From contig JAWLHY010000001.1 in NCBI GenBank assembly GCA_041690135.1, forward strand, positions 256,001 through 320,000: 64,000 nt of DNA, given 5' to 3'. Position 1 is the first letter of the stretch, and each line of letters opens with the position of its first letter. Below are positions 20,077-30,641 of this stretch, in pieces. Both the position numbers and the translations under genes were made by a program. This stretch comes from Armatimonadota bacterium. Lineage in GTDB: Bacteria; Armatimonadota; SYMT01. The notes under the pieces were generated by a model. The model searched no databases. It was given only the letters and a program-made list of their open reading frames with translations, and had not been told where the DNA came from.

Positions 20077-20377
20077 AGAACGGTGCCGTTCGTAGCGACC
20101 GCGGTTTCAAGCTGTAATCACCGACACGAAAACGGTATCCCACAGGTCGATCTGCTGCCGTTTCACTGCAGCAAGAGCGTTCGTTCGCAGCCACTCGGCT
20201 CGTATGGTTTGCACTGCCTGGCGCCCGTGATGGCGACACTACGGTGTTCTAACCGGAGCACGGCTCGTGATGCATGCCAGGCCGTTAACCGGAGTGCTAA
20301 AGTGCTGACGAGCGCGGTATCCAGGACCCGCAGTGCAACTGCGGACGAAGTGGGTTCGGGCAGTGCAACTGCCCGAA
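20077..20377. repeat. Cluster of REP-like palindromes, including a GCAGTGCAACTGC doublet
   Basis: CCGCGGTCGC...GCGACCGCGG hairpin; cores at 20330-20342 and 20360-20372; degenerate opposite-orientation copies near 20154-20220. Confidence 0.7.
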
Positions 20378-20424
20378 ATCATTGAGGATCGAATACGCAC
20401 CACGTACCAGTTTCAGAGGTTTCC

Positions 20425-21465
20425 ATGTCGGAAGGTTATGTAGTAGCAGTAGTGGGCGCCGGCGCCGTCGGCGTTGAAATGATCCGGATCCTCCGCGAGC
20501 GGCAATTCCCGATCCGGGAGCTGCGCGTCCTCGCCAGGTCGGACCGGGAGATGACTCTCGATGGGGAGGTCTACCAGGTCCGCGCCACGACCCCCGAGGC
20601 TTTCGACGGGGTCGATATCGCGCTGTTCGCCGGGACGGAAGGGGAGAAGGGTGCTGCCGTCACCTTTGGTAAGGAGGCGGTCGCACGGGGCGCCGTGGTG
20701 ATCGACAACGGCAGCGACTACCGGATGGACCCCAACGTGCCGCTGGTCGTTCCGGAGGTGAACGGGGAGGATGTCGAGCGCCACCAGGGGATCATCGCGA
20801 ACCCCAACTGCTCGACGGTGCAGATGGTCCACGCCCTGAAGCCGCTTTACGAGCTCTCCCGCATCCGCCGGGTGGTAGTGAGCACGTACCAGTCGGTTTC
20901 CGGCGCGGGTGCGCCGGCCATCGAGGAGTTGGGCGCCCAGGTGCGCGCCGTGGCGGCGGGGGAGCCGCTTCCGGAGTTCAAGAGCATCCCCGCCCAGCTC
21001 GCCATGAACGTGCTGGCCGGATGCTGGCGCTTCCGCGACAACGGGTACCAGGACGAAGAGTGGAAGATGGTCCTGGAGACCCACAAGATCATGCACGACG
21101 ACCAGATCCAGGTGAGCCCCACGGCCGTTCGGGTACCGGTCTCGATCGGGCACGCGGAAAGCCTCTACATCGAGACGGAGCGCAAGATCACGGCCGACGA
21201 AGCGCGCGCGGCGCTGGCGGCCTTCCCGGGGATCCGGGTGGTGGACGACCCGGCGCCGACGGAGAAGGATCCGAACGCGCGCACCTATCCGACCCCGCTG
21301 GACGCCGCCGGCGACAGCGATACCCTGGTCGGCCGCATCCGCGAAGATCCTTTCGTGGAGAACGGCCTGCTGCTGTGGGTCGTCGCCGACAACCTGCGCA
21401 AGGGCGCGGCCCAGAACGCCGTCCAGATCGCCGAGGAGCTCATCCGCCGCAATGCCTTGCGGTAA
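20425..21465 (+). CDS. asd: Aspartate-semialdehyde dehydrogenase
   Basis: VPLVVPEVN, IIANPNCST, STYQSVSGAG, DNLRKGAAQNAVQIAE. Confidence 0.96.
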   Translation: MSEGYVVAVVGAGAVGVEMIRILRERQFPIRELRVLARSDREMTLDGEVYQVRATTPEAFDGVDIALFAGTEGEKGAAVTFGKEAVARGAVVIDNGSDYRMDPNVPLVVPEVNGEDVERHQGIIANPNCSTVQMVHALKPLYELSRIRRVVVSTYQSVSGAGAPAIEELGAQVRAVAAGEPLPEFKSIPAQLAMNVLAGCWRFRDNGYQDEEWKMVLETHKIMHDDQIQVSPTAVRVPVSIGHAESLYIETERKITADEARAALAAFPGIRVVDDPAPTEKDPNARTYPTPLDAAGDSDTLVGRIREDPFVENGLLLWVVADNLRKGAAQNAVQIAEELIRRNALR

Positions 21466-21481
21466 TCAGAGGAGAGATCAA

Positions 21482-22363
21482 ATGGAATTCGGACGGCTGT
21501 TAACCGCCATGCTTACGCCGTTCCATCCGGACGGCACCATCAACGAGGCCGCGGTGCGCCAGTTGGCGCTGCACCTCGTGGAAAATGGCAACGATGGGAT
21601 CGTCGTGACCGGCACGACCGGAGAGTCGCCCACGCTTTCGACGGAAGAGAAGCTGCGCCTCTACCGCCTGGTGAAGGAAACGGTGGGAGACCGGGCCGCG
21701 GTGATTGCCGGCACGGGCAACTACTGCACCGCCGAGTCGGTGGAGTTGACCCGCGAAGCGGAGAAGATCGGCGTGGACGGGGCCATGCTGGTCGTGCCCT
21801 ACTACAACAACCCGCCGCAGGAAGGGCTCTACCAGCACTTCCGCACGGTGGCGGAGGCCACGGCGCTGCCGATCATTCTCTACAACATCCCTGCCCGGTC
21901 GCCCCGGAACATGGAAGCGGCCACGACCCTCCGCCTGGCCGAGATCCCCAATATCGTGGCGATCAAGGAGGCCAGCGGCAAGCTGGAGCAGATCACGGAG
22001 ATCGTGGCACAGGCTCCCGCCGGTTTCCGTGTCTACAGCGGGGACGACTCTTCAACACTTCCCCTGATGGCCCTCGGCGGGTATGGGATCATCAGCGTGG
22101 CGGGCCATGTGGTCGGCCGGCAGATCAAGCAGATGGTGGAGGCCTTTGCGGCGGGGCGGGTGGCCGAGGCCGCGGAGCTCAACGGCCGGCTCCTGCCGTT
22201 CTTCCAGGCTTGCTTCTGCATGACCAACCCGATTCCCATCAAAGCCGCCGTCAGCCTGCTCGGCATTCCCACCGGGGGCGTGCGGCTCCCGCTCGTTCCG
22301 GGCGACGAGAAGGTCACGCAACTGGTGAGGGCCGAAATGCAGAAGCTCGGACTGCTGGATTAG
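21482..22363 (+). CDS. dapA: 4-hydroxy-tetrahydrodipicolinate synthase
   Basis: GTTGESPTL, PYYN, LYNIP, IKEASG, YSGDD, NPIPIK. Confidence 0.96.
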   Translation: MEFGRLLTAMLTPFHPDGTINEAAVRQLALHLVENGNDGIVVTGTTGESPTLSTEEKLRLYRLVKETVGDRAAVIAGTGNYCTAESVELTREAEKIGVDGAMLVVPYYNNPPQEGLYQHFRTVAEATALPIILYNIPARSPRNMEAATTLRLAEIPNIVAIKEASGKLEQITEIVAQAPAGFRVYSGDDSSTLPLMALGGYGIISVAGHVVGRQIKQMVEAFAAGRVAEAAELNGRLLPFFQACFCMTNPIPIKAAVSLLGIPTGGVRLPLVPGDEKVTQLVRAEMQKLGLLD

Positions 22364-22364
22364 C

Positions 22365-24020
22365 ATGCCAACTCCCAAACTCCAGATCATCCCGCTCGGC
22401 GGGGCTACCGAAATCGGCAAGAACATCACCGCGTACCGCGTCGGCGACGAGATCCTCGTCGCCGACTGCGGACTGATGTTCCCGGACGAGTCCCAACTTG
22501 GCGTGGACCTCCTGATCCCGGACATCTCCTATCTCCTGGAGAACCGGGAAAAGGTCGTGGGCATCGTCATCACCCACGGACACGAGGACCACATCGGGGC
22601 GCTGCCGCACGTCCTCCGGCAACTCCCCGTGCCGATCTGGGCCACCCGGTTGACCCTCGGGATGATCCGGCGCAAGCTTCACGAACACGGCCTGTGGGCC
22701 GATACGGACTGGCACCTGGCGGAAGACGGCGAGCGGGTGCCGATCGGCTCGTTCGAGGTGGAGTTCGTCCACGTCAACCACAGCATTCCCGATGCCTGCA
22801 GCCTGGTGATCCGCACGCCGGCGGGGAACGTAGTCCATACGGGCGATTTCAAGTTCGACCAGACCCCGGTGGACGGGCAGCCGGCCGATCTCGGCGCGCT
22901 GGCCCGCGCGGGGCAGGAAGGTATCCTGGCGCTGGTCACCGACTCCACCAACGTCGACAAGCCGGGCTTCGTGCCTTCGGAATCGGTCGTGGGCGAAGCC
23001 CTCGACGCCGTCTTCAAGGAGGCGGAAGGGCGGGTGCTCGTCGCGACGTTCGCCTCCAACCTCTGGCGGGTCCAGCAGGTGATCGAGATCTCTGCCCGCT
23101 ACGGCCGGAAGGTGGCCCTGGCCGGGCGCAGCATGGTCGCGAACGTCGACGTGGCCCGCGAGCTCGGTTACCTGACCGTGGATGACGACCAACTGATTCG
23201 CCTGGACGACGTGAACCGGTACGCCGAGCCGGAGGTGACCATCATCACCACGGGCAGCCAGGGCGAGCCCCTTTCCGCGCTGACCCGGATGGCGATGGGG
23301 GACCACCGGCAGGTCCAGATCCAGGACGGCGATACGGTGATCCTTTCCTCGACGCCCATCCCGGGCAACGAGGATACGGTGTGGCGGGTCATCAATAACC
23401 TCTGCCGGCGGGGCGCCAACGTCATCTATTCCCAGCTCTACCCGCGGATCCACGTCTCGGGCCACGGCAACCAGGAAGAGCTGAAGATCATGGCCAACCT
23501 CACCCGGCCGCGGTACATCCTGCCAGTCCATGGCGAGTTCCGCCACCAGGAGCTCTGGCGGAAGATGGGCGAGGGGATGGGCTACGAAGTCGTCAAGCTC
23601 GAGAACGGCGATGTGCTGGAACTGGACGAGGAAGAAGCCCGGATCACCGAACGCGTGACCGCCGGCGTGGTCATTGTGGACGGCAGCGGCACTTCCGGGC
23701 TGGAAGACGTGGTGCTCCGGGACCGCTGGCACCTGTCCCAGGACGGCATCTTCGTGGTCGTCTGCACCGTGGACAGTGCCACCGGCCGCATCACCGCGGG
23801 GCCGGACTGCATCTCACGCGGCGCCATCCTCACCACCGAGGAAGAGCATGTGTACGACGAGGCCAAGCAGCGGATTCTGCAGTTCCTCGAGTCCCTGCCC
23901 GAGGAGAGCGGCCGCGACTGGAGCGCCATCCGCCAGGACATCCGCCGCACCGTCAACAAGCTGTTGAAAGACAAGACCGGCCGCCGCCCCATGGTCGTCC
24001 CGGTCATCATGCAAATCTAA
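22365..24020 (+). CDS. rnj: Ribonuclease J
   Basis: [44 protein letters not shown]. Confidence 0.96.
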   Translation: MPTPKLQIIPLGGATEIGKNITAYRVGDEILVADCGLMFPDESQLGVDLLIPDISYLLENREKVVGIVITHGHEDHIGALPHVLRQLPVPIWATRLTLGMIRRKLHEHGLWADTDWHLAEDGERVPIGSFEVEFVHVNHSIPDACSLVIRTPAGNVVHTGDFKFDQTPVDGQPADLGALARAGQEGILALVTDSTNVDKPGFVPSESVVGEALDAVFKEAEGRVLVATFASNLWRVQQVIEISARYGRKVALAGRSMVANVDVARELGYLTVDDDQLIRLDDVNRYAEPEVTIITTGSQGEPLSALTRMAMGDHRQVQIQDGDTVILSSTPIPGNEDTVWRVINNLCRRGANVIYSQLYPRIHVSGHGNQEELKIMANLTRPRYILPVHGEFRHQELWRKMGEGMGYEVVKLENGDVLELDEEEARITERVTAGVVIVDGSGTSGLEDVVLRDRWHLSQDGIFVVVCTVDSATGRITAGPDCISRGAILTTEEEHVYDEAKQRILQFLESLPEESGRDWSAIRQDIRRTVNKLLKDKTGRRPMVVPVIMQI

Positions 24021-24043
24021 CAGAAGCTTCGGGAGCGAAATCC

Positions 24044-24409
24044 ATGAGCGACCTCGTTGAACAGAAGTGTGAAGCCTGCCGGGTGGGCGCGCCGAAGGTG
24101 ACCGCCGACGAAATCGCGGAGTTGAAGCCGCAGATCCCGGAGTGGGAGATCGTGGAGCGGGAGGGGATCGACCGCCTGGAGCGCGTCTATCCGTTCTCCG
24201 ACTTCGTTCAGGCGCTGGCCTTCACCAACCGCGTGGGCGAACTGGCCGAAGCGGAAGGGCATCACCCCGCGCTGCTGACGGAGTGGGGACGTGTCACGGT
24301 TTCCTGGTGGACCCACAAGATCCGGGGCTTGCACCGGAACGACTTCATCATGGCGGCGAAAACCGACGCCCTGTTCGGTGGCGACGACGGGGGAGAGCGC
24401 GCGGCATGA
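24044..24409 (+). CDS. phhB: Pterin-4-alpha-carbinolamine dehydratase
   Basis: [33 protein letters not shown]. Confidence 0.92.
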   Translation: MSDLVEQKCEACRVGAPKVTADEIAELKPQIPEWEIVEREGIDRLERVYPFSDFVQALAFTNRVGELAEAEGHHPALLTEWGRVTVSWWTHKIRGLHRNDFIMAAKTDALFGGDDGGERAA

Positions 24410-25038
24410 GCGACCCGAAAGGACCGGACGGCGAAAAGCCCGCCCCGGAGAACGTCAGTCCGGAGATGCGCCGCGGAATGAGCCGCCGGGGTCTGTTGAC
24501 GGACGAGCTCCGGCGCTCCGGGATGGATGCCATCAAGCAGCTTCCCTCGCTCAGTCCCTTCCTCAAGCTCGCCTTCAAGGAGAGCAAGGCCCAGCGAGAC
24601 GAGCGGCTGGTCAAGAACCTCTGGGCCCTCCTCACCGGGCGAGAGCCGAAGGGCCAGGAGATGTCGGCGGGAATGGAGCTGGTGAAGAACGCCTCCACTC
24701 CCGAGGAGAAGGGCGATGCCCTGGTCGATATCCTCTGGGCGCTCTGCCAGACGAAGGAGTTCGAGGACCTGAAGCGTCCGGACACGCTTCTTATTCGCGG
24801 CCTCTATCGCCTGGCGCTGGACCGCGAGCCCACGGACGACGAAAAGCAGCGGGCGCTTGCCTCTCTGCGGGACGCGCACGAGAACATCATGCGCGCCGCC
24901 GCGGACCCGGACAGCGAGCTTTCCCGTTCGGACGTCACCCCCGAACAGGCCGCCGCCGCGGCCCGGGTCACGGCGCTGGAGTCGATCTTCAGCAATCTCC
25001 TCCGCTCCTACGAATCGGTCCTCCGCACGGCGCGTTAG
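24406..25038 (+). CDS. Hypothetical protein with two DUF1553 C-terminal-like helical repeats
   Basis: [12 protein letters not shown]...[15 protein letters not shown] and [14 protein letters not shown]...[18 protein letters not shown] overlap with phhB. Confidence 0.65.
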   Translation: MSDPKGPDGEKPAPENVSPEMRRGMSRRGLLTDELRRSGMDAIKQLPSLSPFLKLAFKESKAQRDERLVKNLWALLTGREPKGQEMSAGMELVKNASTPEEKGDALVDILWALCQTKEFEDLKRPDTLLIRGLYRLALDREPTDDEKQRALASLRDAHENIMRAAADPDSELSRSDVTPEQAAAAARVTALESIFSNLLRSYESVLRTAR

Positions 25039-25760
25039 ACGCGCTCGTGCCGCCAGCGCTGGTACTCTTCGGCGGTCTCCTCGCTCATCGGGTAGACCCC
25101 GACGATACTCGCGCCGGCCCGGATCTTTTCCTGCACGAACTCCTCCGCCAGCTCCTGCTCGGAGGCGTCCCGGGCCACTTCCAGCGCCAGGTAACGGGGG
25201 ATTACGATGACCCCGTCCCCGTCGCCCACGAGCACGTCACCCGGCTCCACCAGGACGCCTCCGCAGCCGATCGGCAGGTCGATATCCACGGGATGGTGGA
25301 TCGTCAGGTTCGTGTTCGCGTGCGGCGCGGGGCAGAAAGTCGGCAGGTCCATGGCGCGGATCGCCTCGTAGTCCCGGAAGGGACCGTCGCTCACGATCCC
25401 CGCGCCACCCCGCATCATGATCCGGGTCGCGAGGATGTTGCCGATGGTGCCCGCGCCCAGTTCGCCGCGGGAGTCGATGACCAGCACCTCACCGGGACCG
25501 ATCGCCTCCACCGCCTTGCGCTGAGGCATTTCCGGGTCGCGGAACACCTCCAGGCGGTCCAGGTCTTCGCGCGCCGGAACGTAGCGGAGCGTGCGGGCCA
25601 GCCCCACCAGCTTGAGGTCGGGTCGCAGCGGGCGCACCCCCGTCATGAAACGGGTGCGGAAGCCGCGTTTGAACAGCTGCGTCGCGAGCGTGGCCGTGCT
25701 GACTTCCCGGAGCAGCGAGAGAGCTTCCTGCAGGTTGTCGGAGGGGTTCTCAACGTTCAT
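25035..25760 (-). CDS. RraA-like / HMG aldolase family protein
   Basis: GEVLVID, G.VSDGPFRD, VEPGDVLVGDGDGVIVIP. Confidence 0.9.
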   Translation of the reverse strand: MNVENPSDNLQEALSLLREVSTATLATQLFKRGFRTRFMTGVRPLRPDLKLVGLARTLRYVPAREDLDRLEVFRDPEMPQRKAVEAIGPGEVLVIDSRGELGAGTIGNILATRIMMRGGAGIVSDGPFRDYEAIRAMDLPTFCPAPHANTNLTIHHPVDIDLPIGCGGVLVEPGDVLVGDGDGVIVIPRYLALEVARDASEQELAEEFVQEKIRAGASIVGVYPMSEETAEEYQRWRHERV

Positions 25761-25905
25761 GGTAATCTATGGGAGTTGTCTCAAGGAATAAGGCGGCCGG
25801 GGAGAAGGGACGCCCGGCCGAAACAACCGGTTGGGGTCCGCGGAACGCCGCGACGGGCGTAGGTTCGACCGCCGGGTGCACAGGACCTCTACGAAGCGAG
25901 GGAAG

Positions 25906-27702
25906 ATGTCCGTTCAAGAAGCTCTGCCCATTTGGGACCTTTCCGATCTCTACGCCGGTCTCAACGATCCGGCCATCCTCCAGGATTGCGCGCACATCCT
26001 GGAACGGGCCCAGGCGTTCGAAACCCGGTTCCGCGAGAAGATCGCTGATCCCGGCTGCACCGCCGCCACCCTGCGGGAGGCGCTGGATGAGTACGAGGAG
26101 ATCAACCGGCTTCGGGCTCGCCCGCTGGCCTATGCCAGCCTGATGTTCGCGGGCGACACCTCCGACCCCGCGCGCGGCGCGTTGCTCCAGCGCCTGCAGG
26201 TGGAATCCACGGCTATCTCCCGGCACCTCATCTTCTTCGACCTGGAAGTGGGGCGGATGCCCGAAGAGACGTTCCGCCGCGTGGCGGACGATCCCGCCCT
26301 GGCGGAGTACCGGCACTACCTGGAGCATGAACGCACGGTCGCCAGGCACCACCTCACGGAGCCGGAGGAGAAGATCGCCAGCGAGCTGGGCAACACGGGA
26401 GCCCGCGCGTTCGTGCGGCTCTTCTCGGAGATCAATTCCCGGGCCGTGTACCGGATCACCCTGGACGGCGAAGTGCGCGAAATGAACCAGAGCCAGGTCC
26501 TCGCGCTGTTCTATGATGCGGACCGCTCCGTCCGCCGCGCCGCCTCCGCATCGGTGACAGAGACCCTCAAGAGTCAGAGCCACGTCGTGACCTTCATTTT
26601 CAATAACCTGCTGCAGGAGAAGATGACCGTAGACCGTCTTCGGGATTATGAGTACCCGGAGCAGGCGCGGCACGAGAGCAACGATCTCGAGCCCGAGGTG
26701 GTTCAGAACGTGGTGGAGGTGGCGGTCGAGAACTACGACATCGTGGCGGATTACTACCGGCTGAAGCGGGATCTCCTGGGACTGGATGAGTTGACCCACT
26801 ACGATCGGTACGCGCCCATCAGCGACGTGAGCGTGAAGATCGACTTTCCCGAGGCGAAGCAGATCGTTCTGGATGCCTTCGGGGCGTTCTCGCCGCGGGT
26901 GCGGGAGCTCACGGAGCCGTTCTTCGACCGGAACTGGATCGACGCGGAAGTCCGCAACGGCAAGCGCGGCGGAGCCTTCTGCTCCTACATCACGCCCGAC
27001 CTGCACCCCTACGTCCTGATGAACTACACCGGACGGGCTCGGGACGTGATGACCCTCGCCCACGAGTTGGGGCACGCCATCCACGGCTGCCTCGCCAGTC
27101 GGCATAACTACCTCACGTTCGTCCCGTCGCTGCCGATGGCGGAAACGGCCAGTGTCTTCGGCGAGATGCTCGTCTTCGAGAGCTTGCAGAACCGGATCGA
27201 CGACCCCCGTCAGCGCCTGCTCCTGCTGTGCGGCAAGATCGAAGACACCTTCGCCACGGTGTTCCGGCAGGTCAGCATGTACCGCTTCGAGCAGGCCGCG
27301 CACCGTACGCGCCGGGACGAAGGGGAGTTAACGACCGAGCGGTACAACTCCCTGTGGCAGGAGACGATGCAGGAGATGTTCCAGGACTCTCTCAAGCTGG
27401 GGGACGAGCATTCCTGGTGGTGGCTTTACATCCCGCACATCTTCGCTACCCCGTTTTACGTGTACGCCTACGCCTTCGGCGAGCTGCTCGTCCTGGCGCT
27501 CTATGCGCGTTACCGCCAGGAAGGAGAGCCCTTCGTCGACCGTTACCTGGAGCTCCTCGCGGCCGGCGGATCGCGGCGTCCCACGGAAGTGCTGGACGAG
27601 CTGGGGATCGACATTCGCGACAAGGCCTTCTGGCAGGGAGGCATGGACCTCATCCGCGAGATGGTTCAACAGGCCCGCGTGTTGGCCAAGGCCGGCAAAT
27701 AG
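25906..27702 (+). CDS. pepF: M3-family oligoendopeptidase F
   Basis: WDLSDLY, GKRGGAFC, TLAHELGH, AETAS, PFYVYAYAFG. Confidence 0.92.
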   Translation: MSVQEALPIWDLSDLYAGLNDPAILQDCAHILERAQAFETRFREKIADPGCTAATLREALDEYEEINRLRARPLAYASLMFAGDTSDPARGALLQRLQVESTAISRHLIFFDLEVGRMPEETFRRVADDPALAEYRHYLEHERTVARHHLTEPEEKIASELGNTGARAFVRLFSEINSRAVYRITLDGEVREMNQSQVLALFYDADRSVRRAASASVTETLKSQSHVVTFIFNNLLQEKMTVDRLRDYEYPEQARHESNDLEPEVVQNVVEVAVENYDIVADYYRLKRDLLGLDELTHYDRYAPISDVSVKIDFPEAKQIVLDAFGAFSPRVRELTEPFFDRNWIDAEVRNGKRGGAFCSYITPDLHPYVLMNYTGRARDVMTLAHELGHAIHGCLASRHNYLTFVPSLPMAETASVFGEMLVFESLQNRIDDPRQRLLLLCGKIEDTFATVFRQVSMYRFEQAAHRTRRDEGELTTERYNSLWQETMQEMFQDSLKLGDEHSWWWLYIPHIFATPFYVYAYAFGELLVLALYARYRQEGEPFVDRYLELLAAGGSRRPTEVLDELGIDIRDKAFWQGGMDLIREMVQQARVLAKAGK

Positions 27703-27705
27703 ACC

Positions 27706-28803
27706 ATGGACGGATTCAACGGGCTCTACACCGGCCTGGGGAACCTGGCCCGGTTGTCGCACGCGCGGACCCGCAGCATCAGCGCGGAGAACTTCACTGG
27801 AGAGAAGGGCCGGGCCGGAATGGCCACGGAGGGCACGGGAGCCGTTGCGGCCAGTGATCTGGGCCAGGGGTGGAAGGTCTCCCCGTCGATCAACATCGCC
27901 CCGCGCACCATGGTGACCCTCGCGGAAATCGAGGGCCCCGGCTGCATCCAGCACTTCTGGAACACGGTGGCGCCCGTACGCTGGCGGCAGCTCGTGCTGC
28001 GGATCTACTGGGACGGGGAGGAAACCCCTTCCGTCGAGACGCCGCTGGGGGATTTCTTCTGCAGTGGCTGGTGCCAGCGCTGCAACGTCAGCTCGATTCC
28101 CATCGCGGTTAACCCTGCGGGCGGGTTCAACAGCTACTGGCAGATGCCGTTCCGCAGGTCCGCCCGCTTCACGCTCGAAAACCTGTCGGACGACGAGATC
28201 CGTGGCTACTACTACCAGCTCGATTACACCCTCACGGACGTGCCGGAAGATTCCGCTTATTTCCACGCGCAGTGGCGGCGGAGCAACCCCCTGCCGTATA
28301 AAGAAGTGCACACCCTTCTGGAGGGGGTGCGCGGCTGGGGCCACTACGTCGGGACTTACCTGGCCTGGGGCGTGAACAACTGTGGTTGGTGGGGCGAAGG
28401 TGAGATCAAGTTTTACCTGGATGGGGACCAGGAGTTTCCCACCATCTGCGGCACCGGCACGGAAGACTACTTCGGCGGCGCCTGGAACTTCGAGCATCCC
28501 AAAGGACAATATGGGAGCTACTCGACCCCCTTCCTGGGCTTACCGCAGGTGATCACATCGGATGGGCTGTATCAGAGCCAGCAGCGGTTCGGAATGTATC
28601 GCTGGCATATTCCCGATCCCATCCGCTTCGAACAGGACCTGCGAGTGACCATTCAGGCCCTGGGCTGGCGGGCGACACAGGACGGTCGCCGGCGGTATTT
28701 ACCCCTACAGGACGATATCAGCAGCGTTGCGTACTGGTACCAGGCCGAGCCGCACGCGCCATTCCCGCAGCTGCCGGATCGCGACTACCTGGAAGTGATC
28801 TGA
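27706..28803 (+). CDS. DUF2961 / GH172-family glycoside hydrolase
   Basis: SISAENFTGEKG, WWGEGEIKFY, GTGTEDYFGGAW, YRWHIPDPIRF, DDISSVAYWYQ. Confidence 0.9.
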   Translation: MDGFNGLYTGLGNLARLSHARTRSISAENFTGEKGRAGMATEGTGAVAASDLGQGWKVSPSINIAPRTMVTLAEIEGPGCIQHFWNTVAPVRWRQLVLRIYWDGEETPSVETPLGDFFCSGWCQRCNVSSIPIAVNPAGGFNSYWQMPFRRSARFTLENLSDDEIRGYYYQLDYTLTDVPEDSAYFHAQWRRSNPLPYKEVHTLLEGVRGWGHYVGTYLAWGVNNCGWWGEGEIKFYLDGDQEFPTICGTGTEDYFGGAWNFEHPKGQYGSYSTPFLGLPQVITSDGLYQSQQRFGMYRWHIPDPIRFEQDLRVTIQALGWRATQDGRRRYLPLQDDISSVAYWYQAEPHAPFPQLPDRDYLEVI

Positions 28804-28979
28804 CGGAGAGCGCGCCGGGATACGCGCGGGACGAATGCGCTGAGCGAACCTGGGTCGAAAAAAACTCGGCGCAATGCATCAAATTAAGAATGAGATAAGG
28901 TCTAATACTCGGTGGGACAGGGCCCACCGGTTGACCGGAGATGTGGCGATCAACATGGTGCCCTGTCAGGAGCCGGAAA

Positions 28980-29468
28980 ATGGGCAGCAGTAACACGCCC
29001 CCAGAGCCGGGGAACGAGCGGATGTATTTCGTTCGGCGCGAAGAAATCCCCGTGCTGGGACAGCTGGTGGCCGAGCGTTCGCTCTCGGAACTGTCCCAGG
29101 TGAGTAACTTCCGCCATGAGCTTAAAACGCTTCTGGAGCAGCGCGGGGTCGAACCCGATATCACCCAGGATCTTCTGGTCGCAGCCGGCGAAGCGAGCAA
29201 CAACGCCTGCGTCCATGGAGGCGGAGGGCGATGCTGTGTCTTCGCCAGCGACGACCGGCTGGTCGTGCGGGTGAGCGACAACGGGCCGGGTATTTCCGCG
29301 GAATACCTTGCAAGAGCGGTTTTCGAGACGGGGTTCTCCAGCATTGGGACCTGCGGGATGGGCTACACCTTGATGCTCGGCTTTGCCGATCGCATCTGGC
29401 TGGCTACCGACCCCACCGGCACGGTCGTGCAACTGGAGAAGTGCCTGGTGGGGACTGCAAGCCATTAA
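28980..29468 (+). CDS. RsbW/SpoIIAB-like anti-sigma Ser/Thr kinase (HATPase_c_2)
   Basis: GEASNNACVHG, VSDNGPGI, GMGYTLM, GTVVQLEK; AGGAG SD. Confidence 0.82.
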   Translation: MGSSNTPPEPGNERMYFVRREEIPVLGQLVAERSLSELSQVSNFRHELKTLLEQRGVEPDITQDLLVAAGEASNNACVHGGGGRCCVFASDDRLVVRVSDNGPGISAEYLARAVFETGFSSIGTCGMGYTLMLGFADRIWLATDPTGTVVQLEKCLVGTASH

Positions 29469-29648
29469 CGCGTTCCCAAGCTTCCGTTTGCCCGGGGGAA
29501 TCTCCGGGTATGGGAGAGTGGCGTACCTGTCAGCGCTCGCTCTCCTATTCAGGTAGCCCTTATTTCCCCATACCGCAATCGCGGTAGCCTATGGTTCGGG
29601 TGTTTCCCTGCCGCTGCGCTTGGCGGAACCCGGCGACGGAGGCGATTG

Positions 29649-29993
29649 GTGCTGAAGCCCCTGAGATCCTGGCTCGTGGAGCACGGGCATTCCACGCATG
29701 GCGATCTGGACGTGGAGTACAGCGCCGATGGCGGCGTGTGGGTCGTCATCCGGTGCGTGGCCTCTCGCCACCCGAGCATGCAGTACGGCAAGCAGCTCGT
29801 GTGCGTGATTCCGGAACACTCCGCCGCCATCGTCGGCTGCCTCGTGAAAGACGAGCCGGACGACGGCTGGTACGTCGGTACCCGCGCGGAAGTGGAAGGC
29901 TGTATCGAAGCGTTCATGCACAAGGTCGAGGAGGCGCGCCGCAGTCACTTCCCGGAGCAACAGCGGGAACGGGACCTGCCGCACTGGGGCTGA
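29649..29993 (+). CDS. Hypothetical protein (114 aa)
   Basis: GGAGG SD before GTG and coding-like codon usage; no recognised family. Confidence 0.65.
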   Translation: MLKPLRSWLVEHGHSTHGDLDVEYSADGGVWVVIRCVASRHPSMQYGKQLVCVIPEHSAAIVGCLVKDEPDDGWYVGTRAEVEGCIEAFMHKVEEARRSHFPEQQRERDLPHWG

Positions 29994-30162
29994 CACCGCA
30001 CGCGCCCTAAGCCAACCCAAAGGTTATCTTTCCCATCGTCAGGAGGAATCACGGTTCAGTCCGCAGCCGAGTGGGTATCAAGAGACAAGCCTCCTGAATC
30101 CTGTCGCTTCCGGCATCGTGGAGTAAGCCGGAGTGCACGGTCAGGGCGGTGCGAGGTGTGTG

Positions 30163-30249
30163 GTGGCGGACATCATCAATCCTGCGGTAGTGGCTGGGAT
30201 CTTCCTGTGTGCGGTGTGGGTGCTCGCTCGGGTGTCGATGGAAGCGTAG
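30163..30249 (+). CDS. Small hydrophobic single-TM peptide (28 aa)
   Basis: GAGGTG SD; GTG start gives MADIINPAVVAGIFLCAVWVLARVSMEA*; followed by a terminator. Confidence 0.55.
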   Translation: MADIINPAVVAGIFLCAVWVLARVSMEA

Positions 30250-30301
30250 GGGACCTGGGCAGGAAAGCCGGGGACGCCCGGCGAACGACGAAATGGCCGG
30301 C

Positions 30302-30336
30302 GGCCGCGAGCCCTTGCTCGCGGCCCCTTTGTTTTT
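30302..30336 (+). terminator. Intrinsic terminator
   Basis: GGCCGCGAGC-CCTT-GCTCGCGGCC then CCTTTGTTTTT. Confidence 0.8.
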
Positions 30337-30340
30337 GCGT

Positions 30341-30640
30341 ATGGACGAAGAAGAACTGCTTAACGATGACCTCGCGGGTGAACAGGCGACGGCCTGGGCC
30401 GCCGACCCCGAGCGCATCGATCCGGATGACTACCCGCCCAGCTCGCCGTTTGCCAAGCAGATGACCTGGGCTCCCTGTGCTGAATGCGGGATCCAGGTCC
30501 ACCTGCCTGTCTCGCAATTCGTCTACACCGGCCTCGTCTGCCCGAAGTGCGGCGATCAGCTCCTGGCGCCGCCGGCCGACCCGGAAGACTGGATCGGTCG
30601 CGTGCTGCGGGAAGAAGACGAGTTCTCGGAGCAGCTCTGA
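30341..30640 (+). CDS. Small acidic Zn-ribbon protein (paralog 1)
   Basis: CAEC-x17-CPKC; aligns with the next ORF. Confidence 0.75.
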   Translation: MDEEELLNDDLAGEQATAWAADPERIDPDDYPPSSPFAKQMTWAPCAECGIQVHLPVSQFVYTGLVCPKCGDQLLAPPADPEDWIGRVLREEDEFSEQL

Positions 30641-30641
30641 C

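Noticed and set aside
20032-20424. Lysine riboswitch upstream of asd
   Set aside because: Only a GGAGTGCTA fragment resembles the consensus; the 5' AGAGGNGC and internal motifs are missing, and REP-like palindromes explain the region.
17966-24020. M16 peptidase-dapB-asd-dapA-rnj gene order as novel
   Set aside because: Similar clusters are well known in Bacillota and Actinomycetota.
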